The notes under the pieces were generated by a model. The model made no database searches. It was not told where the DNA came from and saw only the letters and a list, made by a program, of their open reading frames with translations. 64,000 nucleotides of DNA from Saprospiraceae bacterium (GTDB lineage Bacteria > Bacteroidota > Bacteroidia > Chitinophagales > Saprospiraceae), in contig JANPGW010000172.1 of the NCBI GenBank assembly GCA_031424115.1, forward strand, positions 2,561 to 66,560, written 5' to 3'. Of the stretch, positions 37,200 through 47,093 are shown piece by piece (within the stretch, counting starts at the first letter, position 1; each line of letters begins with the position of its first letter). The position numbers and the translations under genes were made by a program.

Positions 37200-38996
37200 A
37201 TGAATCAAAAAAATCAGTATATTCTTATTATTGTATGTTCAATACTCATTGCAGCCCTTGGTTTTTGGATGACTCGCCTACCGTTATGGGGCTGGATTCC
37301 GTTGCCGTTTTTGAGTAGTATTTGGGTATTGATTGTTATTTTAAGGATAAAAAAATACAATCTCAAGTGGTTAATGCTCTCTACTTTGAGTGGATTACTT
37401 CTGGCATTGGGTTTTCCAAATTCACCATTGACGCCTTTTATGTTTGTTGGATTTGTACCACTTTTGATGGTTGAAAAAGAAGTATTTGAAAAAGGGAATA
37501 AGGACGGTGTTTTGAAATATGCCTATAATGCCTTCGTGATTTGGAATATCGGCTCTACTTGGTGGGTCTCGAATGCCGGATTGGGTCCCGGTATGATTGC
37601 CAACTTTTTGAATGCTTTTTTTATGGCTGTTCCTTTTTGGTTATTTCACAAAAGTCGATCAATTTTAAAAGGTTGGCATTTGGCGGCTTTTATTATTTAT
37701 TGGCTCTCTTTCGAATACGTGCATCTCAATTGGGAAATCAGTTGGTCTTGGCTCACCTTAGGCAATTCTTTTGCACAATATCCGTCTTGGATTCAATGGT
37801 ATGAATATACCGGTGTTTTCGGCGGTTCATTGTGGATTTTGTTGATGAATGTGTTGATTTTCAAGGTTATCAATAACAAAATTTATGCAAAGAAAAAAAG
37901 TCAAGCCATAATCATTCAATCAGTAGTGCTCTTATTTACCCCCCTCAGTATATCATCACTTATCAGCTATTTAAATGATAAAATTGACAACAAACAGAGT
38001 AATCTCACCGCTAACGTGGTAGTAGTTCAACCTAATTACGAACCGCATTATGAAAAATTTGATATACCGGAGGCTATTCAACTTACGAAATATCTCCGTT
38101 TATCAACAGAAAAAGTAGATTCGACGACGGATTATCTCGTTTTCCCGGAAACAAGTTTTGACTTCCGCCATGTCGATCGTTTACCTGAAAATCCCATCGT
38201 TCAGGAATTGAGAAACTTTGTCAATCGCTATCCCAAATTACATCTGATAACGGGTATCGATGCCCTCAAAATTTATGCTTCTTATGTCACCCAAAAGCCC
38301 GCAGGTTTGGCAGCATCGGTGCGTGAACATGATAACAATGATGGGACATTTACCTATTTTGAAACATACAACGCTGCGACACAAATGGCTTCGGGTGTAG
38401 ATTCTTTGCCCATTTATAAAAAATCCAAACTTGTGCCCGGAGCGGAAATACTACCTTATGGCAGTTTGTTTGGATGGCTGAAGCCCTTGTTTCTAAAATT
38501 TGGTGGCACCACAAGTGGCTATGGTGCGCAGCCCAATCGAGGCGTCTTTTGGAATAAAGACGGAAAAAGAGCCATCGGACCCATGATTTGCTATGAATCG
38601 GTTTTTGGCGATTTTTCAAGGGGCTATGTGCAAGCGGGTGCGAATGCGTTTTTTGTAGTGACTAACGATGGGTGGTGGGATGATACACCCGGCTATCGTC
38701 AACATCTCAAGTTTGCCTGTTTGCGTGCCATTGAATTTCGCCGCCCAGTTGTACGGTCTGCTAATACCGGCTCAAGTTGTTTTATTGACAAAAACGGTAA
38801 GGTCGAACAAGCAACAGCCTATGCAGTGGATGCCGTCATAAAAGGTACAATACAGCTCAATTCAAACATGACTTTTTATGAAAAAATGGGAGATGTTATT
38901 GGTGAAGTGGCTTCGTATTTGGGTTTAAGTTTATTGCTGATTTTTATTGTTAAATCCATTTTAGGAAAAATGAAAGCAGCCAAAAGGACTGTTTAA
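37200..38996 (+). CDS. lnt: Apolipoprotein N-acyltransferase
   Basis: Multi-pass N-terminus plus a C-terminal nitrilase-fold domain (VVQPN...FPE...ICYES). The ATG at 37200 is preferred over the track start at 37137. Confidence 0.85.
   Translation: MNQKNQYILIIVCSILIAALGFWMTRLPLWGWIPLPFLSSIWVLIVILRIKKYNLKWLMLSTLSGLLLALGFPNSPLTPFMFVGFVPLLMVEKEVFEKGNKDGVLKYAYNAFVIWNIGSTWWVSNAGLGPGMIANFLNAFFMAVPFWLFHKSRSILKGWHLAAFIIYWLSFEYVHLNWEISWSWLTLGNSFAQYPSWIQWYEYTGVFGGSLWILLMNVLIFKVINNKIYAKKKSQAIIIQSVVLLFTPLSISSLISYLNDKIDNKQSNLTANVVVVQPNYEPHYEKFDIPEAIQLTKYLRLSTEKVDSTTDYLVFPETSFDFRHVDRLPENPIVQELRNFVNRYPKLHLITGIDALKIYASYVTQKPAGLAASVREHDNNDGTFTYFETYNAATQMASGVDSLPIYKKSKLVPGAEILPYGSLFGWLKPLFLKFGGTTSGYGAQPNRGVFWNKDGKRAIGPMICYESVFGDFSRGYVQAGANAFFVVTNDGWWDDTPGYRQHLKFACLRAIEFRRPVVRSANTGSSCFIDKNGKVEQATAYAVDAVIKGTIQLNSNMTFYEKMGDVIGEVASYLGLSLLLIFIVKSILGKMKAAKRTV
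37941..37951 (-). repeat. ATACTGAGGGG exact copy
   Basis: Inside lnt (+). The gene sense reads P-L-S-I. Confidence 0.95.
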
Positions 38997-39005
38997 AACA
39001 GAAAT

Positions 39006-39362
39006 TCATAAAACTTTCAGCCCTAAAAACGTTGCTAAGAGGCACAAGAAAACGCTCAACGCCATATTCAAAGCAGCTGTTAGCGCATTGCCACTTTGAA
39101 ACAAATGCACTGTTTCGTTTGAAAAAGTTGAAAATGTACTGAAACCACCGCAGAAACCCGTCGCCCAAAGCATTTTTTGTTCATCGCTCAAAATACCTTT
39201 CAGTGTAAGGGCGGTCAAAACGCCGATGATAAAACTCGCGGTGACGTTTGAAATCAACGTTGCCAGAGGAAATGTCCATCCGAAATTTCTGATCAGTAGT
39301 GATATACCAAACCGAACCACACTGCCTAAACCGCCTCCCAGAAAAACCAATAATGCGTTCAT
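39006..39362 (-). CDS. crcB: Fluoride channel CrcB/FluC
   Basis: 118 aa with four TM helices and the GFCGGFSTFSTF motif. Confidence 0.9.
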   Translation of the reverse strand: MNALLVFLGGGLGSVVRFGISLLIRNFGWTFPLATLISNVTASFIIGVLTALTLKGILSDEQKMLWATGFCGGFSTFSTFSNETVHLFQSGNALTAALNMALSVFLCLLATFLGLKVL

Positions 39363-39442
39363 GTGCGAATTTTTTTATCAGAAAAGGTGTCCTATTTTTA
39401 CGTTTCTCAAAGGTAATTTTTTTTCTAAAAACTAAGAGTGCC

Positions 39443-39460
39443 TAAATTTGTTTAATTTTG
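39443..39460 (+). promoter_or_regulatory. Two adjacent candidate -7 boxes upstream of queD
   Basis: TAAATTTG (39443..39450) and TAATTTTG (39453..39460) lie 26 and 16 nt before the ATG. Confidence 0.4.
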
Positions 39461-39476
39461 AAATCAATCATCAGTT

Positions 39477-39887
39477 ATGAAAGTAGCAGTTTTCAGAAAA
39501 GCGCATTTTAATGCCGCACACCGTTTACACAATCCCCAATGGACTGATGAGCGCAATCGAGCGGTCTTCGGCTTGTGTAATAACCCTAATTATCATGGGC
39601 ACAATTATGAATTGGAGGTACAACTAACCGGCGAAATTGACCCGGAGACGGGTTATGTTTACGATTTAGGAAAATTAAGTGATATTGTCAAAACACAAAT
39701 TGAAAAACGTTTCGACCATAAAAACCTAAATTTGGATTGCTCCGAATTTAAAGATTTAAACCCTACTGCTGAGAACATTGTCGTTGTGATTTGGCAGATA
39801 CTGAGGGGACATATTGAAGAGCAATATGATATTAAAGTTCGCTTGTATGAGACACCCCGAAATTTTGTTGAATTTCCAGCCCTCTAA
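39477..39887 (+). CDS. queD: 6-carboxy-5,6,7,8-tetrahydropterin synthase (PTPS family)
   Basis: 136 aa with FNAAHRL and the C..NYHGHNY zinc/catalytic motifs. Confidence 0.85.
   Translation: MKVAVFRKAHFNAAHRLHNPQWTDERNRAVFGLCNNPNYHGHNYELEVQLTGEIDPETGYVYDLGKLSDIVKTQIEKRFDHKNLNLDCSEFKDLNPTAENIVVVIWQILRGHIEEQYDIKVRLYETPRNFVEFPAL
39798..39808 (+). repeat. ATACTGAGGGG exact copy
   Basis: Inside queD. The sense frame reads I-L-R-G. Confidence 0.95.
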
Positions 39888-39960
39888 CGCTTTCTGAATA
39901 ATGCCTTTAAACAAACAGAGAGCCTTTAGGAATTTGATAATATTCAATAAAAATAATCAA

Positions 39961-40959
39961 ATGGCAAAACAAAATAGATTTAAGCGCTTTGGTCAACAAG
40001 CCAGTCAAGAAGTCGGTTTCGGCAATACCAGTTCTGTCAATCAACGTTTGATGAATCCCGATGGGTCGTACAATTACGTACGCGTGGGATTGCCTTGGTA
40101 TGAAACGTTTAATATTTTCCATTTTTTTATCACCGCACCCCTCTCGCATTTTATCCTTGTCGTGATGTTGTGGTACACGACCATGAATCTTGTGTTTACG
40201 GGATTGTATTATCTGACAGGCGTTCAACACTTGACGGGTATGGTGTATGAAAATGAATTTGACCGATTTTTTGAGGTTTATTTTTTTTCTGCCCAAACGC
40301 TCACGACGGTCGGGTATGGGCGCATCAATCCGATGGGGATAACCTCCAGCTCGATTGCTTCTTTAGAGGCTTTAGTAGGATTATTGAGTTTTGCGGTGTT
40401 CACAGGCTTAGTTTATGCCCGTTTCGCAAAGCCGAAAGCCTCATTGATGTTTAGCAAAAATGCTGTAGTTGCACCTTTTAATGATATAACGGGATTGATG
40501 TTTAGATTTGCCAACAAAACGAAGTCTAATTTGATGAATATGAAAGTGCAAGTCACACTTTCGATTTTGGTAACAGATGAAAATGGGGTTCAAACCCGCA
40601 AGTTTTTTACCCCCCTCAGTCTTGAGCGCGACAGCATTGTATTTTTTCCCTCCAGTTGGACAATTGTACACCCAGTTAATGCTGATAGCCCGCTTTATGG
40701 GATGAATTGGCAAGATTTTAAGCAAGCACAACCTGAATTGCTCATTCTAACAACGGGTTTTGATGATACATTTGATGACAATGTCCATGAACGGCATGCT
40801 TATAACATAAGCGATATGGTGTGGGGTGCTAAATTTGTCAAAGTATTTGGTACGGACGACAACGGCAGACCGCAAGTAGATTTGAGTAAATTGGATACTT
40901 TTGATGAAATGCCGATTGAGCATTTGATAGGGGGACAAAATCCACAGTTAGCTACCTGA
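39961..40959 (+). CDS. Inward-rectifier-type (KirBac-like) potassium channel, paralogue 2
   Basis: TTVGYG filter and the same architecture as 34690..35622. The ATG at 39961 is preferred; the track ORF starts at 39901. Confidence 0.8.
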   Translation: MAKQNRFKRFGQQASQEVGFGNTSSVNQRLMNPDGSYNYVRVGLPWYETFNIFHFFITAPLSHFILVVMLWYTTMNLVFTGLYYLTGVQHLTGMVYENEFDRFFEVYFFSAQTLTTVGYGRINPMGITSSSIASLEALVGLLSFAVFTGLVYARFAKPKASLMFSKNAVVAPFNDITGLMFRFANKTKSNLMNMKVQVTLSILVTDENGVQTRKFFTPLSLERDSIVFFPSSWTIVHPVNADSPLYGMNWQDFKQAQPELLILTTGFDDTFDDNVHERHAYNISDMVWGAKFVKVFGTDDNGRPQVDLSKLDTFDEMPIEHLIGGQNPQLAT

Positions 40960-40963
40960 AAAA

Positions 40964-43900
40964 TTAATTTTTCTTTGTTTCCCCCCAAGCGATACCCCTC
41001 AGTATCTCCACAATACTGCGCGCACCATTGAGCGAACGAACGTTTTCTCGGATAAAAATAAAGTTTTTCTGCGACTGCTTGAACGACATTTGGCGTTCTG
41101 CACCCTTTTTCAAAACATAATTCAGAATATTTTTAAAACCAGATGTTTCGTAAAAAGAAGATTGCGGATTGCCGACAAAAAATGCTTGGAGCTTATAGTT
41201 CTTTAACACAATACGCTCAAAACCCAACTCTTTGGCAGCCCACCGCAAACGCAAACCGTCGAAAAGTTCCTCTACCTGTGGCGGGATTTTTCCAAAACGG
41301 TCAGTGAGCATGTTGGCGAAGGCAGTGATGCCCTCTTCGGTTTCAATTTCATCCAATTGCGTATAAAGGAAAAGACGCTCTTGAATGTTCGAAATGTATT
41401 CGTCCGGTATGTGCATCTCGATATCCGTATCAATAGTGACATCGGTTACATATTCTTTCTTCTTCTCCATTTCTTCTTTGAAAAGCTCTTTGAAATCCGT
41501 TTGTTTCAACTCTAAAATTGCTTCTTCCAAGATTTTTTGGTAGGTTTCGTAGCCGACATCGGTGATGAAACCGGATTGTTCGCCACCCAATAAATTACCT
41601 GCTCCTCTGATATCCAAATCTTTCATGGCTATATTGAAACCATCACCCAAGTCCGAAAATTCTTCAAGCGTTCGCAAGCGTTTTCTAGCATCATTAGACA
41701 GGACACTGAGGGGGGGGCAAAACAGATAGCAATACGCTTTTTTATTAGAACGCCCCACTCGGCCGCGCAACTGATGCAAATCCGATAAACCAAAATGATG
41801 GGCGTTGTTGATAATAATCGTATTGGCATTAGGAATATCCAAACCGGTTTCAATAATATTGGTACACACCAATACTTCATGTTTTCTATCAATAAAATCC
41901 ACCAGCGTTTCTTCCAATTTCTCCGGATCCATTTGACCGTGAGCCATAGCAATGTCCACATCAGGACATAATCCTTTCAGCAATTCGACCATCTCGGGCA
42001 AACTGGCTACCCGATTATGCACAAAAAAGACTTGTCCGCCGCGGTGCACTTCATTATAAATAGATTCTTTTATCAAATCATCGTTAAAAACGCGCACTTC
42101 GGTGTGAATGGGTTGGCGATTAGGCGGTGGCGTACGAATGACTGACAAATCACGCGCCGCCATCAATGAAAACTGCAAAGTCCGCGGAATGGGCGTTGCC
42201 GTCAACGTCAAAGTATCTACGTTGACTTTGAGTTTGCGCAATCTTTCTTTGGCTGCCACACCGAATTTTTGCTCTTCGTCAATGATAAGTAAGCCCAAAT
42301 CCTTGAATTCCATATCCTTATTCAAGATGGCATGAGTGCCAATGACCAAATCTACTTTACCCGATTTCAACTCTGACATTACTTGTTTTTTCTCCTTCGC
42401 GCTTCTAAAACGGTTGATATAGTCCACTGTTGCACCAAATTCTTCCAGCCGTTCATAGAACGTTTTGTAGTGTTGCAAAGCTAAAATGGTTGTCGGTACT
42501 AAAATGGCCACCTGTTTGCCGGCTGTAATGGCTTTGAAAGCCGCTCGGATAGCCACTTCGGTTTTGCCAAAACCGACATCGCCGCACACAAGTCGGTCCA
42601 TAGGATAGGATTTTTGCATATCTTCTTTAACATCTTGCGTGGCTTTGGATTGGTCAGGCGTATCTTCATACATAAAAGTCGCTTCCAATTCATTTTGCAA
42701 ATAACCATCTTCCGGAAATGCAAAACCCGGACTGGCTTTTCGGGCAGCATAGAGTTTAATCAACTCGGTGGCAATATCTTTGACCTTTTTCTTAGTGGCT
42801 TTTTTAAGGTTGCTCCAAGTGTCAGTCCCAAGTCGGTTGAGCTTAGGCGGAGTGCCGTCTTTGCCGACAAAACGAGCAATTTTATGAAGCGAGTTGATAG
42901 ACACATACAACAAATCATTGTTGGAATACACCAAACGCACGGCTTCCTGAATTTGCCCGTTGATATTTATTTTTTCAAGACCTGAAAACTTACCGACCCC
43001 GTGGTCAATATGCGTTACAAAATCTCCCGCTGTCAATTCTTTTAATAAACGCATATTCAAGGCTTGCTCTTTCGAAAAACCTTGCCGGAGACGATAGCGG
43101 TGATACCGTTCAAAAATTTGATGGTCGGTATAACAAGCAATGTGCAAATCATGGTCAACGAAACCCTGATGAATGGCTCTATAAACCGGTTCAACTTTGA
43201 CACGCGCACCCAAATCTTTGAAAATCGAAAATAAGCGCTGCATCTGCTTTTCATTATCCGTAAAAAGATAATTTTTCAAACGGCTGCTCTCATTTTCGTG
43301 CAAATTGGAAATGAGTAAGTTAAAATTTTTATTAAAACTCGGTTGGGCTTTTGAGTTAAACTCAATTTTAGTATAATTCTCTTTCTTAAAGTCGCCTGAA
43401 ATCCCCTCCCGAGGTTTCGGGACTATGCCCCTCAGTATAACGAGTGGTAAAGACTCCACATCATCAATCACCTCGAAAGGGCGTATGAAAGCCCGATCTC
43501 TGAAAACCTCTTTTAATTCTTCATCTTTTTCGTACATCAACTTTGAAGCAAAAGCTTCTGCCCGCTCAAAGCATATTTGCAAACGGTCTAATAAATGCTC
43601 GGTATCGCGAATCCAAATCGCCGTATTGGGTTTCAGAATTCTAAAAATAGAGACTTTTTGACTTTGTTGAAAACGGGTATTAATATTGGGAACAATGCTA
43701 ATTTTGGATATTTTTTGCTCCGAAAGTTGCGTTGTCGGGTTGAAAGTACGGATACTTTCTACCTCAACGTCAAATAACTCGATGCGATACGGCAACTCAT
43801 TGCCATACGAATACACATCAATAATACCACCCCGAATAGAAAACTGCCCCGGTTCGTACACAAATTCGGTGCGCTCGAATCCGTATTCCACGAGGATTTC

Positions 43901-44383
43901 AATCATAAAATCCACGTCGGTTTTCTCGCCGACTTTCAAGTCAATCCGTTTAGCGTCGAGATACTGAGGGGCCACTACTTTTTCAAAAAGTGCCTCCGGA
44001 TAAGTCACAACAATCTCGCCCGCCGCTGTTGACTGACTCATCTTGTTAATCGTCTCCGTTCTTTGAAGAATATTATTGGCGTTCAGTTCTTCAAAATAAG
44101 CCGGTCGCTTGAAAGAATCGGGGAAGAAGTGAATGATTTTGGAAGGCAATATATTTTGCAAATCATTTTGCATGTAAGCCGCCTCTTCTTTATCCACGGC
44201 AATGACCACGTGCGACGTTGGCGAATTGAGATAACTTCCGGCGAGGACAAAGGATTCCTGTGCACCTGTCAATCCGACGAGTTGTAATCGGGCAGGTGTG
44301 GCGGCATTTTCGAGAGCATTTCCGATTTGTTGTACCCGTTTTGAGTCTCGGTACAACATCAATAATTGATTAAGTATATCCAC
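40964..44383 (-). CDS. mfd: Transcription-repair coupling factor
   Basis: 1139 aa with a UvrB-homology region, a CarD-like domain, superfamily-2 helicase motifs (GFGKTEVA, DEEQ) and a TRCF C-terminal domain. The apparent start is GTG at 44383. Confidence 0.95.
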   Translation of the reverse strand: MDILNQLLMLYRDSKRVQQIGNALENAATPARLQLVGLTGAQESFVLAGSYLNSPTSHVVIAVDKEEAAYMQNDLQNILPSKIIHFFPDSFKRPAYFEELNANNILQRTETINKMSQSTAAGEIVVTYPEALFEKVVAPQYLDAKRIDLKVGEKTDVDFMIEILVEYGFERTEFVYEPGQFSIRGGIIDVYSYGNELPYRIELFDVEVESIRTFNPTTQLSEQKISKISIVPNINTRFQQSQKVSIFRILKPNTAIWIRDTEHLLDRLQICFERAEAFASKLMYEKDEELKEVFRDRAFIRPFEVIDDVESLPLVILRGIVPKPREGISGDFKKENYTKIEFNSKAQPSFNKNFNLLISNLHENESSRLKNYLFTDNEKQMQRLFSIFKDLGARVKVEPVYRAIHQGFVDHDLHIACYTDHQIFERYHRYRLRQGFSKEQALNMRLLKELTAGDFVTHIDHGVGKFSGLEKININGQIQEAVRLVYSNNDLLYVSINSLHKIARFVGKDGTPPKLNRLGTDTWSNLKKATKKKVKDIATELIKLYAARKASPGFAFPEDGYLQNELEATFMYEDTPDQSKATQDVKEDMQKSYPMDRLVCGDVGFGKTEVAIRAAFKAITAGKQVAILVPTTILALQHYKTFYERLEEFGATVDYINRFRSAKEKKQVMSELKSGKVDLVIGTHAILNKDMEFKDLGLLIIDEEQKFGVAAKERLRKLKVNVDTLTLTATPIPRTLQFSLMAARDLSVIRTPPPNRQPIHTEVRVFNDDLIKESIYNEVHRGGQVFFVHNRVASLPEMVELLKGLCPDVDIAMAHGQMDPEKLEETLVDFIDRKHEVLVCTNIIETGLDIPNANTIIINNAHHFGLSDLHQLRGRVGRSNKKAYCYLFCPPLSVLSNDARKRLRTLEEFSDLGDGFNIAMKDLDIRGAGNLLGGEQSGFITDVGYETYQKILEEAILELKQTDFKELFKEEMEKKKEYVTDVTIDTDIEMHIPDEYISNIQERLFLYTQLDEIETEEGITAFANMLTDRFGKIPPQVEELFDGLRLRWAAKELGFERIVLKNYKLQAFFVGNPQSSFYETSGFKNILNYVLKKGAERQMSFKQSQKNFIFIRENVRSLNGARSIVEILRGIAWGETKKN
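40995..41005 (-). repeat. ATACTGAGGGG exact copy
   Basis: Inside mfd. The sense frame reads I-L-R-G. It has the palindromic extension GATACCCCTCAGTATC. Confidence 0.95.
43428..43438 (-). repeat. ATACTGAGGGG exact copy
   Basis: Inside mfd. The sense frame reads I-L-R-G. Confidence 0.95.
43961..43971 (+). repeat. ATACTGAGGGG exact copy
   Basis: Inside mfd (-). The gene sense reads P-Q-Y. Confidence 0.95.
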
Positions 44384-44387
44384 GTTG

Positions 44388-44395
44388 CAAAGATA
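44388..44395 (-). promoter_or_regulatory. Candidate -7 box abutting the mfd start
   Basis: The minus strand reads TATCTTTG, followed by caac and then the GTG at 44383. Confidence 0.3.
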
Positions 44396-44564
44396 TGAAT
44401 AAGGCTGAAAATTGAGCTTTCTACGAAAAATTAAAGGTCAATTTTACAGTTCATCTAATAATTTAGGAGAAAAAAATAATGATACGTGTAGAATGAGTTA
44501 TAAACACCAATTGTTTATAATTTAGTCAAAAATTGACCTTTTATTATCAAACATAACATCAAAC

Positions 44565-46985
44565 ATGATTTTTTCCACAACAAGGCTGTCAGTTTTGACA
44601 GTGCTTTTCCTCTTTCATTTCACCGTTCTCAATGCCCAAAAAGGGCTTGTAAAAGGCAAAGTTATTGATGCACAAACCAATGCGCCCCTGAGTTATGCGA
44701 GTATTCGGGTGTTTAAAAATGCAGATAGCAGCTTGGTGTCAGGTGCTATTACGGATGAAAAAGGCTTATTTTCAATTGAAACGCCGACGGGGCAATTTTA
44801 CTCAATAGTTGATTTTATGGGTTATAAAGCTTTAAAAATGCCGAGTTTTACCATTTCAAAAGAACAATCCAATTATGATATGGGAACGGTAAAACTCTCA
44901 TCGGGAGCGAACACGCTCGATGAAGTGGTGATACAAGCTGAAAAAAGCACGATGGAATTATCCTTGGATAAAAAGATTTTTAACGTTGGAAAAGACCTTG
45001 CTAATGCCGGCGGGACGGCCACTGACATTCTCAGCAACATCCCCTCAGTATCCGTAGATGTAGAAGGTAATGTGAAGCTCAGAGGCAGTGACAATGTCCG
45101 CATTTTGATAGATGGCAAGCCTTCGGGATTGGTCAGTTTTAAAGGTTCTGCGGGATTGCAGCAACTGCAAGGGAGCCAAATAGAAAGAGTAGAAATTATC
45201 ACAAATCCTTCGGCTCGATACGAGGCGGAGGGCATGGCAGGTATTATCAATATTGTGTTGAAAAAGCAGCAAAAACAAGGTTTAAATGGCTCTTTTGAAA
45301 TAATTACTGGCAATCCGGTGAATTATGGCTTGGGGGCAAATATCAATTATAGGCATAAAAAAGTTAATTTTTTTGTGAACTATGGCATTGCCTATCGCAA
45401 AATTCCGGGTCTTGGCTCGCAATATCAAGAAGTGTATTCCAACGATACCACTTTCATTACAGATATGACAAGAGATGGCGGCACCACTGGATTTCACAAC
45501 AGTATTAGAGGTGGTTTGGACTATTTTTTTAATGATAAAAACAGTCTCACCGCTGCTTATCTGCTCAGGAGAAGTGACGTGCGCCGCATCACTGATTTTG
45601 TCTATAAAGATTATATCTTTAACAAAAACAACCTCAGGGTAACGACTATGCGTCAGCAAGATGAAAAGGAGCGTGAACCTAATTCTGAATATAGTTTGAC
45701 GTATAAAAAGGCATTTACTAAAAAAGGGCAAGAACTGACTGCCGATTTCCGTTTTTTGGATTATTGGGAGCGTTCCGACCAGATTTACCCTCAAACCAGC
45801 ATTTTTGCGGATGGTACGCCGAATCCACGGGATACAAAAGTGCAAAAAGCCTTGAATGATGAATTTGAAAAACAATACTTGATACAAATAGATTATACAC
45901 AACCTTTGGGCAAAGAGGGTAAGTTTGAAACGGGCGTCAGAAGTAGTTTTAGGCACATGATTAATGATTTTACGGTGACAGAACGCAATGTACAAGGCAA
46001 TTTTGAGGTGTTGCCAAATTTGAAAAATTATTTCACCTACGATGAAAATATTCATGCTTTGTACGCTATTTTAGGCAATAAAAAAGAGAAAATCTCTTAT
46101 CAAGTGGGTGTGCGAGGAGAGATAACAGATGTAACAACTAAGTTCCAATTGACGAATCAGCAGAATCCTCGCAAGTATGCTAATCTCTTTCCAAGTGCAC
46201 ATTTCACCTATAGTTTGCCTAAGGAAAATGCGATTCAGTTGAGTTATAGCCGCCGAGTACGCCGCCCGAGATATGATGATTTGAACCCGTTTGTGACTTT
46301 TAGTGATAACCGCAATTTCTTTTCCGGCAATCCTGATTTGAATCCTGAATTCAGCAATACATTTGAATTGGGGCATATCAAATATTTTGAAAAAGGCTCG
46401 CTGAGTTCTTCAATCTATTATCGTCGTACTGCTGATAAAATATTGGGTATTCGTAGGGTTGATAGTTTGGGTTATGCAAAAACCCGCCCTGAAAATTTTG
46501 CGGTTGAAAATGCTTATGGTGCGGAATTTACGAGCCAATATGCGCCTTTTAAATGGTGGAAAATGGATTATAGCTTTAATTTTTTTAGAGCCATAACGGA
46601 TGGAGGGAATATTGATGCGGCATTTCAAAGCGATACGTACAGTTGGTTTACTCGTTTGACTTCGAGGTTTACACTACCACACAATATTGATTTTCAAATG
46701 CGGGCAAATTATGAAGCGCCTCAAAAAACGCCACAAGGCACTCGAAAATCGGTATATTACGTGGATTTAGGTATGAATAAAGACGTTTTTAAAGGCAAAG
46801 GAACAATGACCTTGAACGTATCGGATGTGTTCAATTCCCGCCGAAATCGCTTCATTACAGAGGGGGCCAATTTTTTCACCGAAGGCGACTTTTTAGGTCG
46901 CCGCCGCCAGATTAATTTGACCTTTAATTATCGTTTGGATTCTTCAAGTAAAAAAACGAAGAGTTTGATAAGTGAGGAGGGGTGA
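44565..46985 (+). CDS. TonB-dependent-receptor-like outer-membrane beta-barrel protein
   Basis: Signal peptide, an N-terminal carboxypeptidase-regulatory-like domain, a plug-like region and a long beta-barrel with alternating aromatic residues. Confidence 0.8.
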   Translation: MIFSTTRLSVLTVLFLFHFTVLNAQKGLVKGKVIDAQTNAPLSYASIRVFKNADSSLVSGAITDEKGLFSIETPTGQFYSIVDFMGYKALKMPSFTISKEQSNYDMGTVKLSSGANTLDEVVIQAEKSTMELSLDKKIFNVGKDLANAGGTATDILSNIPSVSVDVEGNVKLRGSDNVRILIDGKPSGLVSFKGSAGLQQLQGSQIERVEIITNPSARYEAEGMAGIINIVLKKQQKQGLNGSFEIITGNPVNYGLGANINYRHKKVNFFVNYGIAYRKIPGLGSQYQEVYSNDTTFITDMTRDGGTTGFHNSIRGGLDYFFNDKNSLTAAYLLRRSDVRRITDFVYKDYIFNKNNLRVTTMRQQDEKEREPNSEYSLTYKKAFTKKGQELTADFRFLDYWERSDQIYPQTSIFADGTPNPRDTKVQKALNDEFEKQYLIQIDYTQPLGKEGKFETGVRSSFRHMINDFTVTERNVQGNFEVLPNLKNYFTYDENIHALYAILGNKKEKISYQVGVRGEITDVTTKFQLTNQQNPRKYANLFPSAHFTYSLPKENAIQLSYSRRVRRPRYDDLNPFVTFSDNRNFFSGNPDLNPEFSNTFELGHIKYFEKGSLSSSIYYRRTADKILGIRRVDSLGYAKTRPENFAVENAYGAEFTSQYAPFKWWKMDYSFNFFRAITDGGNIDAAFQSDTYSWFTRLTSRFTLPHNIDFQMRANYEAPQKTPQGTRKSVYYVDLGMNKDVFKGKGTMTLNVSDVFNSRRNRFITEGANFFTEGDFLGRRRQINLTFNYRLDSSSKKTKSLISEEG
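45041..45051 (-). repeat. ATACTGAGGGG exact copy
   Basis: Inside the TonB-dependent receptor gene (+). The gene sense reads P-S-V. Confidence 0.95.
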
Positions 46986-47020
46986 TTGGTTTTTCATATA
47001 GAAGTTTAAACCAAGTTTAG

Positions 47021-47067
47021 AACGGGGTTTTGTAATAAGTTTAGACCTTTTTATACAACCCCGTTTT
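47021..47067 (+). terminator. Possible terminator after the TonB-dependent receptor gene
   Basis: AACGGGGTT / AACCCCGTT 9-bp stem with a long loop and a short T-run. Confidence 0.4.
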
Positions 47068-47093
47068 GAGTGCTACAAGAAAGCTCTAACCTC

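Noticed and set aside
39363-39476. A fluoride riboswitch (crcB motif RNA) upstream of crcB.
   Set aside because: I read the minus-strand leader and found none of the conserved riboswitch segments as I remember them (a GATGG-type 5' element and a downstream CTAATGA-like element). The leader is AT-rich and short. A covariance-model scan would be decisive.
40964-44383. Apparent enrichment of the word in DNA-repair genes, reminiscent of the reported DUS bias toward genome-maintenance genes. mfd has 3 exact copies plus 1 variant, and uvrA has 1 exact copy plus 1 degenerate.
   Set aside because: At the window-wide density of about 1 per 1.9 kb, a 3.4-kb gene is expected to carry about 2 copies. 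Observing 3-4 is not significant with these numbers. It is worth testing genome-wide but is not supportable here.
45282-46055. Long antisense ORFs from the six-frame track, such as the 257-aa ORF inside the TonB-dependent receptor gene. Other examples are 44873..45313, 49495..49899, 11109..11519, 20363..20821 and 39907..40296.
   Set aside because: They lie entirely within, and opposite to, ORFs with clear family signatures. Their composition is low-complexity or odd (for example WLVSQYLVSQWSVSQW, which is translated from the heptamer hairpin). They have no recognisable motifs, so they are shadow ORFs.
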